DNA from: Bacteroidota bacterium
Lineage (GTDB): Bacteria > Bacteroidota > Bacteroidia > UBA7662 > CANHCV01
NCBI GenBank assembly: GCA_947501265.1
Contig: CANMVY010000002.1
Location: forward strand, 21,048-85,047
Length of the DNA: 64,000 nucleotides
Reading direction: 5' to 3'
In this document: positions 1-11,374 of the stretch, one piece after another
Layout: the number at the start of each line of letters is the position of its first letter
Position numbering within the stretch: position 1 is the stretch's first letter
The notes under the pieces: generated by a model
The model's input: only the letters and a program-made list of their open reading frames with translations
Databases searched by the model: none
What the model was told of the DNA's origin: nothing
Translations under genes and position numbers: made by a program

Positions 1-149
1 TGCCAAACATCGATGATGTCGCCATTCAAAACCAAATGTTGAGGTTCAATGGATTTGAGGTAATGCAGAAGTTCTTTGGCATGGCATCCAAATGTCCCCA
101 AATGAACATCTGAAATGACTACCAATTCTACTTTTCGCTTTTCCTTCAT
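1..149 (-). CDS. Metallophosphoesterase, UDP-2,3-diacylglucosamine diphosphatase (LpxH)-like; 5' end only, gene continues off the left edge
   Basis: Not in the ORF track because it is truncated. Reverse translation from ATG 149..147 gives MKEKRKVELVVISDVHLGTFGCHAKELLHYLKSIEPQHLVLNGDIIDVW. This carries the DxH and GD calcineurin-like phosphoesterase motifs in the LpxH-like arrangement. Confidence 0.6.
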   Translation of the reverse strand, partial: MKEKRKVELVVISDVHLGTFGCHAKELLHYLKSIEPQHLVLNGDIIDVW

Positions 150-210
150 ACCAACAAAGGAAACCAATCAAAGAGAAGTAATTGTGGTGTTAATTTGAAT
201 AAAAGGTAAA

Positions 211-966
211 TCAATATTCTCCGTAACCGCCTGGTTTGTAAACCAAATCGGTTCGGTCTTTGATGAGGTAGTACCTCAAGTCAAGAGTTAAATAATTCCC
301 TCTAAGTTCAAATTGCTTCTCTGCCTTTTTTGCGAAAGGGGGAAGGTCATTTTGATGGGTAACATACGATTTATACAACCACGAAAAAGGAAGTGAAATA
401 CTTGCACCCAAATAGGTTGAATGCCCATTTTTTAACTCTTTTTGCCATCCTATATTTCCCATAACCCCTGGCATGATTCCAAAATGCCGGCTAACGTAAT
501 TCTTTAAATATGCTTCAGAAAGGCCGGCAGTTAACGCTGGGTAATTGTAATCTCGATTCGTAATATTGAAATTCAACCCAATTGCTCCTTGCAAAAAATT
601 TGTCTTGTTCAGGTTGACTTGTGTTTGTAGTAAAACTGGAATTTCAAAACTATTAAACCGGAAATCACTTGTTTTATTCATAAATGAATCACTAATGTTC
701 AATTGAAAATTCCTTTGCGACATGAGTAATCCGAATTCCAAAGCCAACCGCTCCTTAAATTGATTTTTCAGGGTAAATCCTAGTGAAAAACCTGGAGTTT
801 GGGTAACCGTAAACCTTGAAAAATTAACCGAATCGGTTTGTGGACCTGTTCGTAAAAAAGAAGAAGCAAGAATGGGTTTTACCTGAAATCCACCTGTAAG
901 CGTGTACGGCTGCGTTGAAGCGACCATTGCCCAAAGGAAAAAAATCAAAGTAAAACCCGTTCTCAT
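211..966 (-). CDS. Outer-membrane beta-barrel protein, function unknown
   Basis: Track ORF is 211..1035. I place the start at internal ATG 966 (MRTGFTLIFFLWAMVASTQP signal peptide), just after the stop of the upstream gene (968..970). The sequence shows an alternating beta-strand pattern and an aromatic C-terminus (..GGYGEY). Confidence 0.6.
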   Translation of the reverse strand: MRTGFTLIFFLWAMVASTQPYTLTGGFQVKPILASSFLRTGPQTDSVNFSRFTVTQTPGFSLGFTLKNQFKERLALEFGLLMSQRNFQLNISDSFMNKTSDFRFNSFEIPVLLQTQVNLNKTNFLQGAIGLNFNITNRDYNYPALTAGLSEAYLKNYVSRHFGIMPGVMGNIGWQKELKNGHSTYLGASISLPFSWLYKSYVTHQNDLPPFAKKAEKQFELRGNYLTLDLRYYLIKDRTDLVYKPGGYGEY

Positions 967-967
967 G

Positions 968-2997
968 TTAGTTATTGATGGGTAAAGTTTGGTATTGAAC
1001 CCCCATACGTAACATTTGTTGCAAAAATGTTTCATCGTGTTTGTAGGTTACATCCACCAATTTTCCATTTTTCATCACGGGAATCAATCGAGGTTGAATG
1101 AAACCGCTGTAAGGTTTAGAAGGGATTTTTTCAAAACGTTTTTTCACTTCAGCCAGCATATTTTGGTCAATTTTTACACCGTAGGTTTCAACCAACGCCT
1201 TCGCTGCCGGATAATCACCCTCGCTTTTGATGCGTTGGATTTCAGATAAGAGTTCTCCAAATAACGTTCTTAAGGCTTCGTAATTACGCACCACAAAAAA
1301 TGTTTTTCCATCCTTCTTTACTTTTTCAATCACGTTAGAAGTTTTCCCTTTTTCGTAAACCCAAGCAGCCACCAACTGACGGTTGCGCATGTGATCCTCT
1401 TCCAAACTTTGTCCCGCTTCCATTCTGCGCAATTGCGTCATCATTCCGTTTCTGATGTAACGATCGTATTCCGATTTTCCACAATCCAAATTTGGCATAA
1501 CGCCCATTTGAACCAATTTAGGATCAAGTAAATAATACAAAGCTACCAAATCGGCACGGGCTTCCTCCAAGGTTGATGCATAACTACGAAGCGTAGTACT
1601 CGGATTGTCAACGCCGTCTTTCAGTTTACCGGAAGCGTGTCCAATCACTTCGTGAAGTGCCGTGTGTAATTTATCGCTTAATTCACCGTATTTCTCGGCT
1701 CTTTCCATTTCGGCCGCATCAAAAGCGAACTCTTTCAAGGCACCTAGTCCGGCCGCCCTATCGTAAGCCAAAATAATGTTGTTCAGGGAAACCGATTTAG
1801 AGCCGTGTTTCTCACGAATCCAATCGGCATTAGGCAGGTTAATTCCAATGGCAGTAGACGGAGCTGCATCTCCGGCCTCCATGGCCACATTAATCACGTT
1901 GTAACTGATTCCAGTTACTTTAGATTTTTTATAGGCAGCGGGAATAGGAGACTGATCTTCAAACCATTGTGCATTTTCAGCGATGTCTTTCATCTTTTTA
2001 GTAGCTTCTGGATCTCGGTATTGAATGGCCGATTCAAACGAACCTTTTTTCCCAATGGGATCGATGTAAACTTCAATAAATCCATGAATGAAGTCTACCA
2101 CAGTTGAGTTATCCGAAACCCATGCAATGTTAAACTCATCGAACTTCTTTAAATCGCCGGTTTGGTAATAATCGATCAGAAGTCCAATGGTCTTAGCTTG
2201 GCTTGGATTTTCAGCAACATTTTGAGCTTTTTTGAGGTTCTCAACGCATTTTTCAAGAGCTGCCGAATACATTCCACCCACTTTCCAAACTTTTTCTACC
2301 AACACTCCATTTTGTTTGGTTAGTTTGGAATTCAGTCCAAAACTTGGGACTTCTTTTTGTTTGGCTGGATTCATATTCTGGTAGAATTGCTGAGCTTCTT
2401 CGGCAGAAACGCCTTCATAAAAATTCATGGAAGAAGCCAAAAGCATATCAACACCCTCTGCTTTATTGGTACGCTTTTGGTATTTGTTTCCAAAAATAAC
2501 CTCGGTGGTAGGAGGGATTGGATTGTAATCTTTGGAAACCAAAGCTGCATCCGTTAGAACTTTGGCCCAATATTCTTTAGAAAAACCGGGCTCGATCTTT
2601 ACCTCATTGTAGTGGTGATGAATTCCATTCGAAAAGAAAACCCGTTTGGCGTAAGTTTCCAGTGCTGGGTATTCCCTAACCGACTTATCGATGTTTGGTG
2701 ATGATAAAATGGCTTCCAAACACTTGCGAACGAGTAAATTTTCCTTGCAATTCTGGTCCCAAATGATGTCTCGTCCGTAATTTGCCGCTTCACTGAGGTA
2801 ATAAATCAACTCTTTTTGTTTTGGAGTTAACTCAGCCCATCCTGGCAAATCGTATTTCAAAACTTGAATATCGGCAAAGGTATCGATCACCACCGAATTT
2901 TGATTTGTTTTTGAAGATGCAGAAATGGTCGAATCTGAACGTGAACAGGATAATGTTGATGCGGCAATAATGCCTAATCCAAGGATGAATGAACTTT

Positions 2998-3001
<4 letters not shown>
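968..3001 (-). CDS. Dipeptidyl-peptidase III-like zinc peptidase (family M49), lipoprotein
   Basis: Carries the HEVIGH (HExxGH) and EEARAD (EExxAE/D) M49 zinc-binding motifs. The N-terminal lipoprotein signal ends in ..STLSCS. The start overlaps the dapA stop by 4 nt. Confidence 0.8.
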
Positions 3002-6391
<3,390 letters not shown>

Positions 6392-6404
6392 GCTAGCTTT
6401 TTGC

Positions 6405-6824
6405 TCAAAGATATTGAATTTCCCATTGAACTGGGCAAACCTTTTTAAGCATTTCGCTCACTCCGCAGTATTTTTCTTGAGACAGCTTAACAGCTTTCTC
6501 AATTTTAGGATAATCTTCTTCTTTTGCTTTGAATAGATACGTTAGTCGAATTTCGGAATAAACCTTCGGGTGCTCTTCGGTTAAATCGGCTTCACAATTC
6601 ATCGTAAACGATTCTACCTCAACCTGCATTTTTTTCAAAAGGGCGGCAACGTCCATTCCTGTACATCCCATGAGCGAGGTGAGCAACAAGGCTTTCGGAC
6701 GGGGTCCTGCGTTATCTCCACCATCGGATTCGGCAACATCGAGAAAAAATTCGTGTCCGTTTATCTCTGTTTTGAATTTAATTCCACCTTCGTAGGAGCT
6801 GAAAACTTGGTGTGTTGTACTCAT
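6405..6824 (-). CDS. OsmC/Ohr-family peroxiredoxin-like protein
   Basis: OsmC-like sequence (..GPRPKALLLTSLMGCTGMDV.. and ..KYCGVSEML..) with two conserved Cys. I place the start at ATG 6824, which forms an ATGA overlap with the rhodanese stop. The track ORF starts at 6857. Confidence 0.8.
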   Translation of the reverse strand: MSTTHQVFSSYEGGIKFKTEINGHEFFLDVAESDGGDNAGPRPKALLLTSLMGCTGMDVAALLKKMQVEVESFTMNCEADLTEEHPKVYSEIRLTYLFKAKEEDYPKIEKAVKLSQEKYCGVSEMLKKVCPVQWEIQYL

Positions 6825-7144
6825 TTGGATTTCAATATTTGTTGCAAGGAAGTCCAAGAGCCACCGTTGATGGATTGAATTCCATTACTTTTTAACAAAG
6901 ATGTTGCCGAACCTGAGCGCATGCCTGAGGCGCAGCAGGTGATGATCGGTTTACCTTCTTTTTTCAAGTTAGCAATTTTTCCGTTTAAAACTTGAAGGGG
7001 AATGTTTTTCGCACCGGAGATGTGGCCGTTGCTAAACTCGGCCGAAGTGCGAACATCTAGTATAATCGCTCCTTGTTGCATCAATTGATTGATGGCTTCG
7101 TGTTTGTTTTTGTTCGAAAACAAATTGGAAAGAAATCCAAACAT
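6821..7144 (-). CDS. Single-domain rhodanese (sulfurtransferase)
   Basis: Shows the rhodanese fold pattern (ILDVRTSAEFSNGHISGAKNIP) and the active-site loop CASGMRS. Confidence 0.85.
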   Translation of the reverse strand: MFGFLSNLFSNKNKHEAINQLMQQGAIILDVRTSAEFSNGHISGAKNIPLQVLNGKIANLKKEGKPIITCCASGMRSGSATSLLKSNGIQSINGGSWTSLQQILKSK

Positions 7145-7146
7145 GA

Positions 7147-7443
7147 TTAAATAAATTTTTTAACGGTTTCTGAAATTTGATGGGCCGACATGGTTCCTGA
7201 TTTTCTCCAAAGCAACTGACCATTTTTGAAAATCATCAGGGTTGGAATGGATTGAATACGATAGGCTTGGGATACGGCGGGATTTTTATCGACATTGATT
7301 TTCAAAACTTTGGCCGTATTTCCTAACAGTTTTGCGGCCTTCTGTACCTCTGGTGATAAAACCCGACAAGGGCCGCACCAATCTGCATAAAAATCAATCA
7401 ATACTGGAACTTCACTATTGATGATGCTTTTAAACTTACTCAT
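7147..7443 (-). CDS. trxA: Thioredoxin
   Basis: 98 aa with the WCGPC active site and the typical ..IPTLMIFKNG.. segment. Confidence 0.9.
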   Translation of the reverse strand: MSKFKSIINSEVPVLIDFYADWCGPCRVLSPEVQKAAKLLGNTAKVLKINVDKNPAVSQAYRIQSIPTLMIFKNGQLLWRKSGTMSAHQISETVKKFI

Positions 7444-7625
7444 TTCTTCCGATTTATCATTTCAAACACGAATCCGCCAACCAAATAACCCATCATTGCT
7501 CCCCAAATGCTAGAGAAATAAATATTACTGGTTAACGGACATCCATCAGGCGTGCATTGAGGATTGTAGACCCAAAAATAACTTCCAACAACGCCTCCAA
7601 CCAACCCAATTAACTTGTATTTCAT
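7440..7625 (-). CDS. Small two-TM membrane protein with a CxxxxC loop, function unknown
   Basis: 61 aa with two Gly-rich hydrophobic segments flanking ..NPQCTPDGCP... Its stop forms an ATGA overlap with the thioredoxin start. Confidence 0.55.
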   Translation of the reverse strand: MKYKLIGLVGGVVGSYFWVYNPQCTPDGCPLTSNIYFSSIWGAMMGYLVGGFVFEMINRKK

Positions 7626-7742
7626 CTTTTTAAATGTTCTCTTCTGTGATTTTTTTAAGCGTAACCCGAAGAAATTGAAAATTCAAAAAAAAACAAATTC
7701 CGAGGATTACAAGGCTAAAATGGAATTGAATAGAATTGGTTC

Positions 7743-7750
7743 CAAATGTA
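7743..7750 (-). promoter_or_regulatory. Candidate Bacteroidota -7 promoter box (TACATTTG) for the 7625->211 minus-strand gene string
   Basis: This is the only perfect TAnnTTTG on the minus strand in the 7626-7809 gap. It lies 117 nt upstream of ATG 7625, so it would imply a long leader. Confidence 0.25.
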
Positions 7751-7798
7751 AAAATAATTAGGATTACGCCCTTAATTTTTCGAACTTTGCAATCAATT

Positions 7799-7804
7799 AG
7801 GAGG
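7799..7804 (+). promoter_or_regulatory. Canonical Shine-Dalgarno sequence AGGAGG, 5 nt upstream of the agmatinase ATG
   Basis: The sequence reads attAGGAGGtaaaaATG. I saw no other gene start in the window preceded by a full AGGAGG. Confidence 0.5.
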
Positions 7805-7809
7805 TAAAA

Positions 7810-8682
7810 ATGAAAAGAAAAACGAAAACGTATGCTGGTATTCCAGAAAAATACGGAAGGTTAAAAGATGCAGCAATTGCTTTAATTCCGGCCCCCTTTG
7901 ATGGAACCTCCACTTGGGGAAAAGGTGCTGATTTAGGTCCTGAGGCGTTTTTAGAAGCGTCTGAAAACATGGAATTGTACGATATTAAAACCGAAACCGA
8001 GGTTTATAAAAAAGGAATTTACTTAGCTCCAGCCATCAAAGAAAAAGTAGATCCTGCTAAAATGGTTGAAGAGGTTTTTACCGCAACAAAAAAATACCTT
8101 GAATTGGGTAAGTTTACTACCATTTTCGGTGGAGAACACAGCATTTCCATTGGAACTATTCGTGCATTTGCAGAGAAATATGAAAACTTAACCGTGGTTC
8201 AACTCGACGCTCATACCGATTTGCGTCCCGAATACCATGGAACTCCTTACAATCACGCATGTGCGTTATTCGAATCATCCCAAAAACACAACCTCATCCA
8301 AGTTGGAATTCGCTCCATGGATGCGGAAGAAGTTCAATATTTGAACCGCGAACAAACGTATTTTGCTCATGAAATTTGGGAAGACGACAAGTGGATGAAA
8401 AAAGCGGTAAATCAAATGACCGAAAATGTTTTCATCACCATTGATTTGGATGTTTTTGAATCAAGTTTGATGCCTTCAACGGGAACTCCAGAACCGGGAG
8501 GTATGCCCTGGTACCAAGTCATGACGTTTATTGAAAAGATCATCAAAAAGAAAAATGTCGTTGGATTTGATATTGTTGAATTGGCTGCCAAAGACACCAA
8601 TCGGGCTCCAGATTTTCTTGCAGCCAAGTTGTATTACAGAATGTTAAGTGAAATTTTTGCTAAAAAAGACAAGAATAAATGA
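7810..8682 (+). CDS. speB: Agmatinase / ureohydrolase family
   Basis: Carries the arginase-family Mn-binding motifs GGEHSI, DAHTDL and DLDVF. Length is 290 aa. Confidence 0.85.
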   Translation: MKRKTKTYAGIPEKYGRLKDAAIALIPAPFDGTSTWGKGADLGPEAFLEASENMELYDIKTETEVYKKGIYLAPAIKEKVDPAKMVEEVFTATKKYLELGKFTTIFGGEHSISIGTIRAFAEKYENLTVVQLDAHTDLRPEYHGTPYNHACALFESSQKHNLIQVGIRSMDAEEVQYLNREQTYFAHEIWEDDKWMKKAVNQMTENVFITIDLDVFESSLMPSTGTPEPGGMPWYQVMTFIEKIIKKKNVVGFDIVELAAKDTNRAPDFLAAKLYYRMLSEIFAKKDKNK

Positions 8683-9653
8683 GCCAAAAACCAATTTCCG
8701 ATTTCCTTGAAAAATACTACCTGCATTTCAATGCTGCAACCGTTGTAGATGCTGCTAAAGGTTATATCCAACACCTTGAAGAGGGTGGAATAATGATGGT
8801 TACCCTTGCAGGTGCCATGAGTACCGCTGAAATGGGTAAAATTTTAGCCGAAATGATTCGTCAGGATAAAATTGCCATCATTTCCTGTACGGGAGCTAAC
8901 TTGGAAGAAGATATCATGAACCTTGTTGCTCATGATTTTTATGAAAGAATTCCGAATTACCGCGATTTAACGCCACAGCAAGAATGGGATCTGTTGGAAC
9001 GCGGCCTTAATCGCGTAACCGATACTTGCATTCCAGAGCATGAGGCATTCCGCCGTTTGCAAAAGCATTTGGAAAAACTTTGGAAAGATGCCGAAGCCAA
9101 TGGAGAACGATTTCTCCCCCACGAATTCATGTACAAGATGTTACTTTCTGGCGAATTAGAGCAATACTATCAAATTGATCCGAAGGACAGTTGGATGATT
9201 GCTGCAGCCGAGAAAAACCTTCCTATTGTGGTTCCAGGTTGGGAAGATTCTACCATGGGGAACATTTTTGCGAGTTACGTCATCAAAGGCGAAATCAAAG
9301 CTTCAACCATGAAGTCGGGCATTGAGTACATGACTTACTTGGCTGATTACTACACCAAAAATTCGGACGGAAAAGGCATTGGATTTTTCCAAATCGGCGG
9401 TGGAATTGCAGGTGATTTCCCTATTTGTGTGGTTCCTATGTTGTACCAAGATATGGAAATGCATGACATTCCGTTTTGGAGTTATTTCTGTCAAATTTCA
9501 GATTCTACAACGAGTTATGGATCTTACTCGGGAGCGGTACCAAATGAGAAAATCACTTGGGGTAAATTGGACATTCACACTCCAAAATATGTGATCGAAT
9601 CGGACGCTACCATTGTAGCACCATTAATTTTCGCCTACATTTTAGGCATGTAA
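8679..9653 (+). CDS. Deoxyhypusine synthase-like protein (likely polyamine aminobutyl transferase)
   Basis: DHS-family pattern (..ISCTGANLEEDI.., ..GGGIAGDFPI.., ..SYGSYSGA..). The start forms an ATGA overlap with the agmatinase stop. Confidence 0.8.
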   Translation: MSQKPISDFLEKYYLHFNAATVVDAAKGYIQHLEEGGIMMVTLAGAMSTAEMGKILAEMIRQDKIAIISCTGANLEEDIMNLVAHDFYERIPNYRDLTPQQEWDLLERGLNRVTDTCIPEHEAFRRLQKHLEKLWKDAEANGERFLPHEFMYKMLLSGELEQYYQIDPKDSWMIAAAEKNLPIVVPGWEDSTMGNIFASYVIKGEIKASTMKSGIEYMTYLADYYTKNSDGKGIGFFQIGGGIAGDFPICVVPMLYQDMEMHDIPFWSYFCQISDSTTSYGSYSGAVPNEKITWGKLDIHTPKYVIESDATIVAPLIFAYILGM

Positions 9654-9656
9654 TTC

Positions 9657-10376
9657 ATGGAGAAATTGGACATTCTTGCTTTTGGAGCGCATCCCGATGA
9701 TGTAGAGCTTTCCTGCTCTGGAACAATCATTCGGGAAGTACGACAGGGTAAGCGGGTTGGTGTTATTGACTTAACCATGGGAGAACTTGGCACCAGAGGA
9801 TCTGCAGAAATTCGAATGAAAGAAGCAGCACTTGCAGCAGAAATCATGGGATTATCCTATCGTAAGAATTTACAGATGAAAGATGGTTTTTTTGAGGAGA
9901 ACCAAGAAAGCATCACCCAAATCATCCAACAAATTCGATTATGTCAACCCGACATCGTCATTGCAAATGCGGTTCAGGATCGACACCCTGACCATGCGAG
10001 AGGGTCAAATTTGGTTTCAAGGGCTTGTTTTTTAGCTGGATTATCGAAAATTGAAACGTTTTTCGACGGAATCCCACAAATCGCTTGGCGACCAAAAGTT
10101 GTTTATCACTACGTTCAAGATCGCTTTATTCAACCGGATGTGGTTATTGATATTTCCGACGTGGTTGAAGAAAAAAAGAAGGCAATTTTAGCATATTCAA
10201 CCCAGTTTTTCAATCCAGAAAGCAAGGAGGCAGAAACTCCTATTTCTTCGCCCGAATTTTTCGAATATATTTTTGCAAAGGACCGTATTTTTGGTCGACA
10301 AATTCATGTTACATTTGCTGAGGGATTTACTGCTGAAAGGGCAGTGGGTTCTTCATTTTTAACCCATCTTTTATGA
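9657..10376 (+). CDS. bshB1: Bacillithiol biosynthesis deacetylase BshB1 (LmbE/PIG-L family)
   Basis: Contains the LAFGAHPDDVELSCSGT and HPDH motifs of LmbE-type deacetylases. Length is 239 aa. Confidence 0.8.
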   Translation: MEKLDILAFGAHPDDVELSCSGTIIREVRQGKRVGVIDLTMGELGTRGSAEIRMKEAALAAEIMGLSYRKNLQMKDGFFEENQESITQIIQQIRLCQPDIVIANAVQDRHPDHARGSNLVSRACFLAGLSKIETFFDGIPQIAWRPKVVYHYVQDRFIQPDVVIDISDVVEEKKKAILAYSTQFFNPESKEAETPISSPEFFEYIFAKDRIFGRQIHVTFAEGFTAERAVGSSFLTHLL

Positions 10377-10765
10377 ATCAATTTACTGCTGTTGGACGTT
10401 TAGTTCAAGTGTTGGAAGAAGTTTCCGGTGTTGGAAAAACTGGAAATTCCTGGAAAAAACAAAGTTTTGTTGTTGAATTGGACGGAAGTTCCACTTATCC
10501 TAAGAAGGTTTGTTTAACGGCTTGGGGAGACAAAGTAGATACCTTAAAACGCTTAACCATTGGCGATCGCATTTCTGCGGCGTTTGACGTAGAATCTCGC
10601 GAATACCAAGGTCGTTGGTATACCGATTTAAAGGCTTGGAAAATTGATGTTGAAGCCAATCGCTCAACGGGCGGTGGAGTTGATCCATTCGATGGTGTAG
10701 ATGTTCCGCCAATGGATAACAGTTCTCCTGCATCTTTACCTGACGAAAACGACTTACCATTTTAA
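10373..10765 (+). CDS. DUF3127-family protein with SSB-like C-terminal acidic tip
   Basis: The N-terminal ~100 aa resemble DUF3127 (..VGKTGNSWKKQSFVVEL..CLTAWGDKV..). A Gly/Pro-rich linker follows, and the terminal residues are DENDLPF. Confidence 0.7.
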   Translation: MNQFTAVGRLVQVLEEVSGVGKTGNSWKKQSFVVELDGSSTYPKKVCLTAWGDKVDTLKRLTIGDRISAAFDVESREYQGRWYTDLKAWKIDVEANRSTGGGVDPFDGVDVPPMDNSSPASLPDENDLPF

Positions 10766-10774
10766 TTTTTGATC

Positions 10775-11374
10775 ATGAACAAATCGTTCATCCAATGGGG
10801 CATCAATATTTTATTAGTGGCGGGAGTTTCTTTCGCCATTTTTAATCAGAATACGTCTGAAAAAACCCCGGCGAAAACCAATTCAGGAAATCCACGTCCG
10901 GTGGTTGATTCATCTGCAAAGGTTGTTTACGTGAATTTAGACACGTTGTACGAGCATTACAGTTATTACCAAGACTTGTTGAAGCAATTAACCTCCGATT
11001 TCAATTCAAAGAGAAACGGAATCATGGCTAAACAAGAGCAGCTCGCAAAAAAATACGACGATTATCAACGAGCAGCTTACCGAATGACCCAAGATCAAAT
11101 CAAGGCAGCTGAAACTGATTTGCTGCGGGATGATGAGAATTTGAAACGTCAATTGGCATCGGCAGAAGAGCAATTTGCAAATAACCGCGACAACCTTAAC
11201 AAAAAGTTATACAACAAGTTAAAGACCTTCTTTGATGAATACCGTAATCAGCATGGTTACGATTACATCTTGGATGGATCCAATGGTGGACCAGTTATTT
11301 CGGGTGGAGAAACCCTCAACGTAACTTGGGAGATCATTGATGGTTTAAACAAAAAAGAAAAGGAACAAAAATGA
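10775..11374 (+). CDS. OmpH/Skp-family periplasmic chaperone
   Basis: Has an N-terminal hydrophobic anchor followed by a K/Q/E-rich coiled coil typical of OmpH. I place the start at ATG 10775; the track begins at TTG 10769. Confidence 0.7.
   Translation: MNKSFIQWGINILLVAGVSFAIFNQNTSEKTPAKTNSGNPRPVVDSSAKVVYVNLDTLYEHYSYYQDLLKQLTSDFNSKRNGIMAKQEQLAKKYDDYQRAAYRMTQDQIKAAETDLLRDDENLKRQLASAEEQFANNRDNLNKKLYNKLKTFFDEYRNQHGYDYILDGSNGGPVISGGETLNVTWEIIDGLNKKEKEQK

Noticed and set aside
150-162. TTCCTTTG-ttggt-ATG upstream of the LpxH-like gene, and TAAAATTG-cag-ATG at 31007-31017
   Set aside because: Each deviates from TAnnTTTG at one specified position. They are suggestive of the same leaderless geometry but too weak to call as promoters.
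7626-7809. The largest intergenic gap, inspected for a tRNA, riboswitch or sRNA
   Set aside because: I could not fold a cloverleaf, conserved riboswitch core or stable hairpin by eye. The gap is most simply a divergent promoter region. A covariance-model scan (Rfam) would be needed to exclude small RNAs.
10764-10777. TAATTTTTG followed by atc-ATG before the OmpH gene, considered as another leaderless promoter
   Set aside because: The element has one extra T relative to TAnnTTTG, so it is only a near match. It is not counted among the perfect cases.
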